From Octopus bimaculoides (taxonomy: Eukaryota), in assembly GCF_001194135.2 (NCBI RefSeq), contig NC_068986.1, forward strand, positions 59,342,265 through 59,399,814: a stretch of 57,550 nucleotides of DNA, written 5' to 3'. Under the pieces are notes generated by a model that worked only from the letters and a program-made list of their open reading frames with translations, was not told the DNA's origin and made no database searches. Positions within the stretch are counted from its first letter, which is position 1. Each line of letters begins with the position of its first letter. The position numbers and the translations under genes were made by a program. This document shows, piece after piece, positions 45,024 through 57,550 of the stretch.

Positions 45024-48000
45024 GGGAATGGAAAACAAAAGTACAAGATGCAAAGAAAAATTAAATATATATATAAACGAAACAAAAATAGTGTTGAATT
45101 AGAAAGAGTATTTCAAGTTTAAAATAATTTTATTATGCAAAAGCATTTGAAACTGTTTCCTCTAGAATATATTGCAGTGACTTTGTTTCTTCTTGTACAT
45201 TAAAAGATCTAATGAACTGTATAGTCAAATAAAGTAAAATATCTGACTATAACATGGACCTTTCTATATGGTCTTAGCAATATCTAATTTTATAGAACCA
45301 TGACAATTAAAATAGTATTCCCATAAGAATTGCTGTTTAAGGTAAAGTGAAGATTTTTTGTACCACAGTTGTTTGGAAAAATACAAGCAAGGCAAACCCA
45401 CTGGCATTCTTTGTTGAACATAACACCATCTCCACAACACCAGCAACCTTAATATCAATTATTCAAATCATGTAATCATTATTATCAGGTATTCAGCAGT
45501 CAAATCTTTGTGACTGATCTCATGCTAAACGTCCTTTTAAAAATAAACAAAAGGAAAAAATAGCTGTCAACAACCACAGGCTACAAAGATTTCATACATT
45601 GACACAAGGCCTCAAACTTGTAGGGGAGGACTGTAGCCTAGTGTTTGTTCTTTTCCACTTTGACAGGCAGGAATACATACAGAGTAGAATTTGAACTCAG
45701 AATGTAAACAGATGAATCTAAATAATACTGTAAAGTCTGACATACTAAATATAACATCAGGTGGTATGATCCCTCTGAATGGAGTCTGCAATTCGATCTG
45801 ATTCCAATTGCACTTATTTCACTTACTCCATTTTGTTTGATAGTATACTCTACATGTCATCTGGTCTAACACCATCCGTTTACTCTTGGGTATTTTTAGA
45901 GGAGTTCACTCTATTGCAAGCATTCAGACCAGGTCTCTAGTCTGAGAAAGATAATTACTTTTCTGCATCTCTCTCTGAGAGGCCTCTGAAGTTACACACA
46001 CACTATATATATATTTATATATAAACTTTCAACCTCCAAAACATCTGATTACCTGTTCAGGAATACTTCTGATTTTTAGTACAGTCAAACAATAGATAAT
46101 TTATCACACTAATGCATGATATATATTTTTAACATTTTAAATACAATTTTTGCCACCCTGTTACTTTTTCAAGGGAGTCTTCCAGTCATTCACTAACAAA
46201 GAAATATAATAACAGTTACAATTAGCTAACTGGAAAGTTAATTCATTATCTCTTCTGCTAAAAAAAAAAGCTTATGAAAAACCTGATTTATTTCGACACC
46301 TGTTAGAAGGTGGTAATCTCATTTGAAACCCTATTATGTTACCTCTGCCTCTTGATTTAAGATGAGTGAAGTCTATATGCTGATGAGGACATGATGGAGT
46401 TTTGTTTCTGGCAGATTAGAATTGTTGCTGTGTTTTAAATACTTGCCTTACTTATTGCCTTCTTTGTGTTCAAGCTTGGAAGATGTGGTATATTCATTAC
46501 AAACAGAAAAAGTTTTCGATACCAAGTTAATAATGATCATTCCTATTTGAGAATGAATAATGTCTCAAAAATCCAGCATATAATAATACAATTATGAGCA
46601 ATATGTCTTCTATTAAAATGAATTTTTAAATGTCTTTCCAAAACTTACCATATCTCACTAATATTGTTAAGATCATATAGTTGTAAAAGCCCCTAGCCTT
46701 ATGATGATACACTGCTTTCTTTGAGAAGTATAGTTTTTTGTTTATTTTGCATTCCATTTATGTTTTATTTCATCTCACAGCCATTTCATTTTGAAGAATT
46801 GCTTTTTATACTCTTTTGTAAAGTGTGTCTCATAATTATATACAGTCCCCATAATAAATTAACCTAGTTCCAAAAGGATGAAGTTTTTCTTGTAGACATA
46901 AGACTCCTTCCCCATTCATGCATACACACAACACTTCAGAATGCATAGATACTATGTATATTACTAATTACTTTTTGACTAGGCACAGGATAATTTTTCA
47001 CAGTTAAGGAGCAAAGTCAGATAGATCAACCAAAGGTGACACCTGTAGAATTTGAAATCATATTGTAAGGTGACAAGACTAAAAACTGGTAGGCATTTTA
47101 ATCTGATGCCTCAAGTATTTCTGCCAACTTGCTGCCACCCTCGCTTTGGTAATATTGAATTGAAATTATTCCTGACTGTTCAAGTATAACTTATTTAAAT
47201 TTGTCTGATCTGGAAGTATTAGTTTTAAGAGTGTTGTAATCCATGTCCTATATAGATAGAAATGTTTATGGCAAGAAAGCATCATATAGATAGAAAACAG
47301 ATTTTTGTTTTGTCCAGTCCTTAACTGTGTAAAGAATAAGAGGTGTTGATATACATCTTGTTTAAAGCTTATTAAAGAGGAAAAAAGAAAGAAAAGGACG
47401 AAAAATATGGGAATTCCATCTGTTGGCAATGCAATGAATAGTGTTTGATCATGCAATCATTGATATTTACAGGTGTGAATAAAATATATGCCTATTTTGG
47501 GAGCAATCCTCTTCATAGCTAGCAACAGTGGAGGAGCATTGGGACCTGCTGTGAGACCAGCAGAGCTGTATGTCTTATGCATGGACACAACACTTCTAAC
47601 CAAATATATATAGTCAATAGTCCTGCATTTTCACTTTCTAGATATTGTCCATTATATTTAACAGTAAACCAAGAATTAGTATCTATTTCTTTGAACTCTT
47701 AAGTATGCAAAAAAAAAATGGAATGAATATTAGATTAGCATTCAACTTTTGATTCTAATGGGATTGTTAATATATTTGTTTGTTTGTTTTTTTCCTTTTA
47801 ATATCTTTAAATAGAAATAAAATAATAATATTGACTTTAAGATCGAGTAAGCAGGATTAAAACGTTGGAAGAAATGTCCAAGCTTTTTCCTGGACTGGTC
47901 AGTATTCCAGGCTGGCCACAAGAAATAACAGCTGCATTTGAATTATATCACATAACATTTTCGTTTGTAAATAGGTTTCATTAGCAGAAAATAATTTATA

Positions 48001-48655
48001 TTTTGCAAATTTTACAACTGAACTGATAAACCATCCTGGGTAGTACTGATATATCACAGAGGTGTTTTATTTTAGGATTTTTTTTCTTTTAGCAGATTTT
48101 GCTACAGCAGTTAGTACTGTAAATTGCTGGTGGGTGTTTTGTGTTTTATAGAATTGAGGATGAGAACATAACTGAAACTAAATGCCTACATTTTTTTTGA
48201 TGAATTTATTATTATTATTATTAGTAGTAGAATAGGTGGTTGTAGTGACAACAAATTTTCAGTCTTAACCTCATCTTCTTTATCTCATCCACAAACAACA
48301 TTTTGAACAGTTTGTTTTGTGATCAAGTATCATAGTTTGCTAAACTATGTGCATATTTTGAAGATGAGATCGAATTTGTTTAGACACACACACACACAAA
48401 GATGAAAATGTTTTTAAAAAATGTTTTCTGTCAGTATCTGGAAGTACTTTTTCATTATAATATATTTTCTCTATATTATTTGGCAAAATATTCCAAGATA
48501 TTGGTAATCACTTGAAATAATGAATTAAAAATAAACATTGGAACTAAAATTCTAGAATTCATAAAAAAAAAAAAAAAAAAGACTGCAACAAAATTCTCAG
48601 TTCCATAACAGTTATATATACAAAAAAACACTTATCACTAAGTTTGCTCTCTCTA

Positions 48656-50517
48656 TTATAACACAGAATCAAATACGTGAACAAAAAACATAGGACTACG
48701 CTCAAGTACCAAGAGCTTCCCATCTGAAGTCACATCTACTGATTGTGGGCGTAAAATAAATTTCTCGAGACTAAAAAGCACTTTATCAAACTGGCCATCT
48801 TTGAAGAGCCGAATTACTCTAGATTTCCAAGTGTCTGCCAAATATATGTACTTATTGTTAGCTGAAATACCAAAAACACCACACATACAGATATTACAAT
48901 GGCTGCTGCTGCCACGGAAAACAAATTTTAACCTCCCTTTTAAATCTATACACACCAAACAGTTGCTATCTTGATCAACAATTAAAATATCATCTTCCAT
49001 AGTAATGGTTAGACATCCAACAGATGAAATTACTTCAGGATAGAGAAAAGCCATTTCAATATGTTGTACAACATCAGTATGATCAGAATGAACAGTAAGT
49101 ATATCTGCTGAAAGGGAATCAAATGAACTGCATACAAGTCTCTTGTCTTTAGTGGCTGCCACTCCTCGGTACTTATAGACTGTCTTTAAGGGACGCCAAG
49201 ACCATGGAAGTACCATGTTGACATGTTGAACAAGGCGAATTTCAGATGAGTATGGAAAAGTAATAGCCACTTCACTATTGGACCAAACACAAATACCAAA
49301 TGGTTGACTTACAGTTTTTAAACAGCCAACAAGATGGCCTTCTCGATTAAATTGCTTTATTGTATGATTTACACTGTCTGTGACTATTAGCCGACCATTT
49401 GGCAGACTGACTATTTGTCCAAAACATCTGTAATCAGTTTCATCTGCTAGAGTTGCTGGAAATTGATTCAGTTTAACAGGTTCAAGTGGTCTAAGAAAAT
49501 TTTCTAAATGTTCATATCTTTTTGTATGATTGTCTTTTATTTGTTGTATAACTTCATAACTGCTTTCTACACCATCTGCCTCAAGGAAAATATTGGGAGA
49601 AACGTTTGTATAATCAGTAGCACTTTCCAACTTGTTTTCATATGTTAAAGAGACTTCTCCAAACTTGTGTATTTCAAACTCTCGAAACAGATTAAAGTAT
49701 TTCTGGTTTGGAGAAAATCTGAGGCCATGGTGTAATCGTTTTGGTTGTGGAAGTTGAAGTGTATAATCAGGACTCATGTTCTGGTAAATGTTCATAAATT
49801 GAGAGCAAGATGACTCCAAGGCACAGTCAAGGGTGGCAAGATGTCGAGAAACTGAATCAACCATATCACGTGCTTGACCAAGGAGACCATCCAAATAATT
49901 CTGCTGATCATCATGCAACTGAATAAGATCATAAAAGATCTCATTTTCCTTCTCTTTTAGAACTTTCTCAATCTTCAGACGAATGCTGTAAATTTCTCTT
50001 TTTATTTCCTGCATGCTAACAGTTACTTTTTCTTTCTCTTTTAGCACTTCTTTAACTAATTCTTCAGCTTGTTTCTTTTTAGCAGCAAGGTTTAAACGGC
50101 TTGTTTCTGCAGCCCCTCGTTTGTCTGGATATACGGTTAGTAAGGAATGAACATAGCTGTCACATTTACGGTGCATATCGAAAAAGCATAAGCAACATAT
50201 CATTTGCTCACACTTTGTACAAAAGAGTTCCATTTCTTTGGAACTATGGAGAGGACAACTTGGTCCAGATGGGATTTGAGAAAGTGCAGAACTCAAAGTT
50301 AAAACTTGATGTTCCATAGACACAGGATCTTTCTTTGAAGCATGCTTGTTGGAACAGTTTGAACACAGCCCTTCACAACAAGGCTTACACCAGAAATTAG
50401 CCAGTCGTCGTCTTTTCTGCTTCAGACAAGGCTCACAAAAGATACAGCCTTCAGTTGCTTTTGTAAGTGAAAGTAAATTTATCAAGTGATGGTTCTGTGG
50501 AAATGCACGACCCCATT
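48656..50517 (-). CDS. TRIM-like protein (B-box1, B-box2, coiled coil, NHL-type beta-propeller); single large terminal coding exon, 5' exon(s) not located
   Basis: Uninterrupted ~620-codon ORF: CIFCEPC..FWCKPCCEGLCSNCSNKH; CPLH..LFCTKCEQMICCLCFFDMHRKC; heptad-rich region; GRLIVTDSVNHTIKQFNREG..PFGICV. Preceded by polypyrimidine-CAG acceptor at 50518-50520 (phase 1). The supplied ORF start at 50530 is a TTG in the intron. Confidence 0.88.
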
Positions 50518-50733
50518 CTGAAAAACACAAAAGAAATAAATTAATAGAGTGCCCTTTACTTTAAATAAGGATTATTAGAAATCAACCTAAAATTAGTCCA
50601 ACATAAAATGTATTAATCATTTCTGTGATTCTTGGCATTTAACAAAGAAGACTTTGAAAAAATATACTAGGCATAGGCATGGCTGTGTGGTAAGAAGCTT
50701 GCTTCCCAACCACACACACATTATATATATATA

Positions 50734-51034
50734 TTTTATTCATGCACCCTTTTAAAGCCTAGCCAGGCTCATGGGCCCGGTTTCTATGGCGTATGTGTTC
50801 CCCCCCAGCTGGATGGGACGCCAGCCCATCGCAGCTTTACTCAAGAAACAGGAAGAAAGAGTGAGAGAAAGTTGGGTGAAAGAGTACAACGGGTCACCAC
50901 TACCCCCTGCCGGAGCCTCGTGGAGCTTTAGGTGTTTTCGCTCAATAAACACACACAATGCCCAGTCTGGGAATCGAAACCACGATCCTCCGACTGCGAG
51001 TCTGCTGCCCTAACCACTGGGCCATTGCGCCTCC
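50734..51034 (-). mobile_element. Full-length tRNA-derived SINE (possibly tRNA-Arg-like) with a V-domain-like core, adjacent to a truncated SINE head
   Basis: GGAGGCGCAATGGCCCAGTGGTTAGGGCAG (A box)..GGTTTCGATTCCC (B box)..CTGCGATGGGCTGGCGTCCCATCCAG..AATAAAA-(TA)n. Confidence 0.85.
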
Positions 51035-53539
51035 ACACACACACAGATATATATATATATATATATATACAGGTCATCATTGATTTATGACCGAATGACT
51101 TTATGATGATTGGCGTGCCAGCTCCCGGCAGCAATAATATATAGTCCAGTTGAAATCTGATGGGTTTAATTTCTTAGAAATTTACCTGTCTATGGATGAT
51201 GTCAGCTAACAAACGACATCAAAGATCCACAGCCAAACGCCAGTCTACAATAAATTTTTATGTAAGTTTTGTAACGGTTTCTTACACTACATTGTGCATT
51301 CTTTGGTACTGTTCTATGAACAAATATCACTGGTATAGTATAATACAGAACGCTGTGTGTAACTTTTACCTGAGAATTTACTGTAAGAATGTAAAAATAT
51401 AAAATAAAGCTATGTAGGCTTATAGGCCAACTCACAACAAGCCAGTCGGAACCAATTGTGGTTGTAAGTCAACAACGACCTGTACGTATATATGTTATCC
51501 CTCCACCATCACTTGACAACTGGTGTTGGTGTTTTATGTCTCCATAACTTAGCGGTTCTGCAAAAGATTCCAATAGAATAAGTACTAGGCTTACAAAGAA
51601 TAAGCCCTGAGGTTGATTTGTTTGACTAAAGGTGATGCTCCAGCATGGCCGCAGTCAAACGACTGAAACAAGTAAAAGAATAGAAAGTTACCACATATAG
51701 CTGTTTAACACTTATATTGTGATTTTAATATCCATTTGAATTAGGTGGATTTGCTGAACATGTGCATCACTGTTCATCATCATCATCATTATCTTTTAAC
51801 ATGTCTTCCATGCTAGCACTGAGCTGGATTGTTTAACAAGATCCAGTGACTGTATCATGCTCTAATGTCTGCTTTGGTATGGTTTCTATGGTTGGATGCC
51901 CTTTCTAATACCAACCACTTTACAGAGTGTGCTGAGTGCTTTTTGTTTTCATGGTACCAGTACTAGTGATGTTACCATAGGCTAAGTATTTTATTACATC
52001 AGTATCCTGAGATCTGACCTTACCATATTTTCCTTGGTCTTTTTATATCATGGATACTGACAGTTCATGACACTTTTCCAACCAGCACTTGTTAATTCAT
52101 ATCATGTAGCTATTTCTGCAACAGCCACCTCTCCTGCACACATTGACCAATGTTTTTACTATTGCACTTTGAAAATTTAGATAATTAAAATTACATCCAC
52201 AATGAGAAGAAACTCATTTTCTTAATGACTAATTCTGCTCAAGCAAGGCAGGGAAGACAGTCTTTACATTTAGGATAACAGTATACATCTTACCATGTTC
52301 ACCTCACTTCTCTTCTTCTTCTCAGATCTTTCAAGTCAAAATGGAATCAGTTTTGGTGGAGAGATTTCTTTTCTTTTTTTTTTTTTTTGAACAGCAAGAC
52401 TTTAATGGATTTAAAGGTCTGAATATTTGCATATGCATTTGAAGCCATCTCATTTGTAAAGTCTAACTTTTATAAGATGTGATTTATGACTCCTGTCTAA
52501 TGGTGTCTACATTTCAAATCTTATAATTCTCCACAGGCATACAAAATTTTTACTATCCGTGGAGAGAATAATGAGATTCAAGACATTGATACTATTGTAG
52601 GGTATATTTCATACACAAATATACAATACTCTAAATTCTCATCTTTTAAATTCTTTATTGTGCAGCTCATCTTCTCAGGTTTCTGATTAAGAGCTTAAAT
52701 TTTATATATAAGGTACGATTTAATAACAACAAACCAATTTATCTCAGCTACCATCAACCAATCTAATTTAACATACGTGATATTGTGAGCTAAGGTATTT
52801 AGATTAGCAAAAATTAGAATTATGAGTAGGAGTAAAAAAAAAATCATTAGGCTAATAATTGACACTGATAAAAAAAAAAGGCAGAAGAGAGAACCCTAAA
52901 ATTGTAATTAAAAATACAATGTGAACAGCACAGTTGAGAGTAAGTCTGGTTCTACAAGTAAAGTGACATGTTTGGGTCTTCAGTGAAGTAAAGTCTTTGC
53001 CATTAATTTGCCAGACCATATGAAAACCAAATGTAAGATTTGTTCATGAAATTTTAATAAGAATTATACCAAGTATTGGGGATCTGTTTTATGTTGGGCA
53101 GTCACATTGAAATTAACTGCTATCTGACAAAGCTGCATTTTAAAAGAAATGTTTATACTGCTCGCCCAATTATCTTATAAAATGTAATTATTCAAAAAAC
53201 TTTGATCAAAATGTAACAAAAGATACAATTTTGGAAGAATAACTCAAACTGTTTTTACATATTTTGTTAAAAATTTCTTCAGATATTTGTTTTAAACAAA
53301 ATTGTAATTACTTTAACCTTTCTGTTATTTCGAAATTAACTGTGAAATCAACAGATTATTTAATATAATCCTTTTGTTACCACATTTCTATTGAGATACA
53401 CTACCTTTTGTTCCAGTTAATAAAGTGTAGACAAAGAAATACAAATGAGTTTTGGATGAAATAATTTTTATAGATGTTTATATGACTAGTTAAGACAGTA
53501 GCTTTGCAATCATGTGGTTTTGGGTTCAGTCTGCTTGTG

Positions 53540-56340
53540 TGGCACTATGGTCACTTGTCATCTCCTCTGTGAGGTTCAACATCAAAAGATCATTTCTCAC
53601 CACTTCATCCTATGTCTTCCAGGGTCTACCCCTTCCACAGGTTCCCTCTACAATTAGAGATTGGCACTTCCTTATGCAGTTGTCCTCATCCACACACATT
53701 ACATGACCATACCAGCACAATGTTCTCTCTTGCACACTACATCTGATGCCTCTTACATCCAATTTTCTCTTAAATCATTTATACTTCATCGTACATGCAC
53801 ACTGACAGTGCACATCTAACAGCACCTCCTGGTTTCATTCCTTTCAAGCCTTCACATGTCCTCTGTAGTCACAGCCCAAGTTTCATTAACATGTAGTATA
53901 GTTGTTCATATGCAGGCATCATACAATCTACCTTTCACTCTGAGGGAGAGGCCCTTAGTTACCAATGAAGGTAGAAGCTCTCTGAAGTTTGCCCAGCCAG
54001 TTCTCATTTTACCAACTATGCTTTCAGAGCATCCTCTTCCACTGCTAACTTAGTTGCCTAGGTAATGGAAGCTATCTACTACTTCTAAGGATTCACCTGG
54101 ACATTTGAGGAAGTTTATTTTCTGTGTACCTACACATCTGCCACACACAAAGACTACTTTCTCTGTTAATCTTCCTATGACACCACTGCATATCTTATGT
54201 GTTCATTGCTTACACTGGGTATACCTTATGGAATTTCTATTGACACCTTCTACATATCGAGCAGGGCCATCTCCCTGAAGGGATTAGTAATTTGAGTCTT
54301 TTTCTACTTACCAGGACTTTGGTTTTTGCTAAATTAACTGTAAGACTCTTGAATTCCAGACCTTGCTTCCATATCTGAATTCTCTTCTCTAATTCTAGTA
54401 GAGATTTAACTATAAGAACAAGGTCATCAGCATAGAGGAGATTCCCAAGGCAGGCTGTCTTAAATTCCTCTGTTATGGCCTGGAGGACTATGATAAACAA
54501 GAGAGGGTTGAGAACTATCCTTAGTGAACTTCTACCTGTAAACTAAATTCATTGCTATACTCATTGCTGACTTTCACCTTACTGCCAGCATCTCTATAAT
54601 AGGCTTGTACAGCTCTCACCAACCCTAGCTTTTGCATTGACAAGACAGAGGAGCAAGGGACCCTGTCAAGGGCTTTCTCCAAGTCAACAAAAGCCAAGTA
54701 CAGAGGTTTATTTCTGGTTAAATGTTTCTCCTGCAGTTGCCTTACCAGGAAGATAGCATCAGTAATGCCTCTCCCTGGCACAAAACCAAACTGCATCTCC
54801 CCTAGGCTAACTCTCTTCCTAATTCATTGACCTATGACCCTCTCTATAACTTTCATCACCTGGTCCAACAATTTGATTCTTCTGTAATTATTTCTGTCAC
54901 CTTTACCTTTGAAGTAGTTGACTATAATGCTACTACACCAGTTGTTGGATATAACTCCCTTGTAGACAACTAGGTCATACCTTACTCTGCTGGATATTTT
55001 AAGCAACCTTAACAGTGATTCCTGATGGGCTAGGGACTTTCCCTGTCACCATATCCTTAATTGCTTTATCTACCAAGCTACAGTTGATTCAGATAGCTGT
55101 CCCTCTATTAGATCAATTAGGCAGACTCTCCTTCTCCCATGCATTCTTTACATTTAGCAGCCTTTCATAGCAGCACTTCCAAGCCTCTTTCTTTGCGGAA
55201 TCACTAACTGCAAGTGAACCATCATCCGTGCGAATAAACTTCTCTCACATGATTTTTTCTAACACACTGTCTTACAATCAGAAACACCTCAAGTTTCTTG
55301 TCCTCAGGCCACAGAACATTGGCAAACTTCTTTTCTGCTTCTCCCCTAGCTAAATATACATATCTCTTAGCTTCTTTTCTAGCTACCTGATTTAGTTCTC
55401 TGCTACCACCACTCTTCCAGGCCTGTTTCTTCACTGTAATGGCCCTGTTTACTGTTGCACCACCACGTCACCTTAGGTCGGGTTGGGACTTTGCACCTGC
55501 CACAAATTTAGTCAGTGGCCCTCATCAAGTTGTTGCATAGGAACTTCCAGCTGTTCTCTAGGTTGTATGTCACTATCTCTTCCTCCTTCTTGTCAAATCC
55601 TTCAATTAGAATGTCTTTAAATCTCTGCCTAAAGATTCTAAATCTTTCTTTTCTAGACTGGTCTTTTTCTTGTCCAGAGTCTGAAGTCACTAATGACTAA
55701 CCCATGTTGAGGAGTGCAGTCTTCACTTGGAAAGGTCTTTTTATTTATAAGCAACCATCTTCCCTGCTTTTCAGGTGAGAATCAGGATTGTGTTCCCACA
55801 AGACTGGCATCTTTCCTGAAAGTATCACAGATCATAAGGTCATTTGCATCACAAACTCTATTAGCCTAGTTCCTTCCTCATTGCAGAAACCAACTCCAAA
55901 GCCTCTATGCATGCCATCTGGATGCTGCCCAACATGCCCACTGAAATCACCAACCATGAAGAGAAGGCCACTATTATTTTTGACAAAGTAATCTGCAAAA
56001 AGATATCATAAAATTGGTCTTTCTGTTTGGCTGGCAGTCCTGGTTGAGGAGCACTGGCAGAAATAATAGTTGCTGTACTACTTTGCAAAACTAATCTCAG
56101 TGTAAGTATTCTATCACACATTCTGACCACCTCAATTGTTTTATCAACCCATTTCTCAGTAAGAAGTATGCCCATACAACTGACCCCATTACAATTGCCT
56201 ACCCAGGAGATTTTATAGCTGTTTTTTTCCCCGTGAGGGACCTGGCAAAAGATCTCCTTGACCTTACTTCTTGAATGCAATACACATACATCTACACACT
56301 TTCATTCCAGCTGGATGAACTGATGAGCATCAAGCTTCAA
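53540..56340 (-). mobile_element. Near full-length, decayed RTE-clade LINE (APE endonuclease plus RT)
   Basis: CIQEVR..SYKISWVG..GILL..RMCDRILTLRL..APQPGL..FYD; QFGFVPGRGITDAIFLVRQLQEK..LAFVDLEKALDRVP; LLYADDLVL; LTVNLAKTK; many stops and frameshifts. Confidence 0.93.
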
Positions 56341-57240
56341 TGTCAGCTTTGGTAGGATTTCTATAACTGGATGCACTTCCTAATGCCAACCACTTTACAG
56401 TGTGTGCTGAGTGCTTTTTTCATTACACTGGCACTAGTGAGGTTCTCAAATAAGTTGCAAGACTAAGTGAAGACAAGAAAAGGAACAAGCCACCTCGTCT
56501 GAATATATTTGAGAAAAGTGGCTGAAGGCTACATTATGAGGGACAAGCACAGGTACCTTGCAATAGAGGAGATACATGGCTACCTCACATTATGACAGGA
56601 TGGGTGAGAGTAGCTGAACGGAGAGAAAAGTGGTAAAGTGGTGCCATAGCAAACTCTCATGGCATGTGTAGGCGGGTATAAGGGATAATATAGACATTGG
56701 ATCAGGAAAGCAGAAAAGGGTGGGTAATTTCATAAGAATGCAAGAGGAGATGGTTAGCAATTGGGCAAGTAGTGGCTGTAGTAAGTAATGAAAAAGGGTG
56801 GAAGTACAGTTGATAGTAAATCTCAGAATGGAGGGGGAGTTGAGAGAGATAAAAGTGGCTCAGGAAGGAGAAAACAAGCAGCAGCACAAGAGCTGTGGAG
56901 AGCAGTAGTACCATATATCTGGATAGATCAGGAAGTAGGGAGATGACATGCAGTGTGAGTGTAGAGGGGAAGGGAATGATGATGAAATGTGACAGAAATG
57001 GAGGTCAGAGGTAAACGAGGGTGGCTATAATGAGTGGGGTAATAAAGGAGGTAGGGGTATATTTAGTGAATATGAGGTGCTCAGAATGATAGCAGATAGG
57101 AGAGGTGTTAAAGACAATGTAACTTGAGGTGGAGGGATGTAGAGAACTGAAGGTACTAAAAAGGGGTGATCAGTAACAAGTAGTATGCACAGGAGTAATA
57201 ACAAGAATGAGTAATGATGTTTAAAAGGAAGTGTTTCTAA

Positions 57241-57281
<41 letters not shown>

Positions 57282-57550
57282 TCCCCACATCCAATTTTCT
57301 CATCATGCTTGTTTTTTTCCACCACACCTTTTGTAATTCTCCTTCCCACGTCTAATTTTCTTTTCTCTCTCATTCCATCATGCCTGACTACAAATCTTTC
57401 CAACTCACTCTCCACAACCGCCTAAAACTATACCTCCGCACACTTCCCTCTCAATACTTTCAACCTACTATACGACTCTCCTTACTCATATTCAAGAAGA
57501 CTCGTTTCTCTAGTCATATTACGTTTCTCAGTCGCTGTTTACATCACCGC

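Noticed and set aside
45825-45945. Minus-strand segment with AG and GTAAGT boundaries
   Set aside because: Stops in all three frames; no support for an exon from sequence alone.
47480-47615. Short GC-richer ORFs on both strands (e.g. MPILGAILFIAS...)
   Set aside because: Under 50 codons, with no homology recognised and no convincing splice context.
50960-51034. tRNA-like sequence on the minus strand
   Set aside because: It is a SINE head: no acceptor-stem closure, and it continues into a SINE body and tail.
52020-52370. Two minus-strand ATG|GTAAG donor-like sites as candidate first exons of the TRIM-like gene
   Set aside because: Both give phase 0, while the large exon needs phase 1; upstream frames contain stops and no RING motif. 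They could still be non-coding exons.
56345-56440. RTE 3'-UTR motif directly upstream of the endonuclease, suggesting terminal direct repeats
   Set aside because: More simply a separate truncated 3'-end copy abutting the element; cannot be distinguished without a consensus.

Overview
Eukaryotic, AT-rich, repeat-dense genomic DNA with assembly gaps. It is very probably a cephalopod (octopus-type) genome, inferred from the SINE/RTE repeat repertoire. Three host genes can be read by hand. (1) The first coding exon of MVD (diphosphomevalonate decarboxylase) is on the minus strand at 3180-3237; the rest lies off the left edge. (2) A complete 7-exon PSMG2 (proteasome assembly chaperone 2, 284 aa) is on the plus strand at 20054-41885. 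(3) A 1.86-kb terminal coding exon of a B-box/coiled-coil/NHL TRIM-like protein is on the minus strand at 48656-50517; its 5' exon(s) were not found. The rest is decayed mobile DNA: RTE LINEs, tRNA-derived SINEs, mariner, maT/DD37D, hAT, Merlin, Helitron and Ty3/Gypsy pieces, several of them nested. The most unusual signal is a set of minimal type-I hammerhead-ribozyme-like motifs with palindromic stem III, in three unrelated repeat contexts: a 381-bp near-perfect palindrome carrying one motif per arm (6446-6826), a tRNA-headed SINE-like element (18062-18285), and a ~353-bp tandem module (29857-30351). Other notable structures are a fold-back that creates a mini-MITE from a mariner end, a 5'-inverted RTE insertion, and a Merlin-type MITE with telomere-like repeats. 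All identifications come from manual reading and recalled family motifs; no database search was run. Most short ORFs in the supplied track are spurious.
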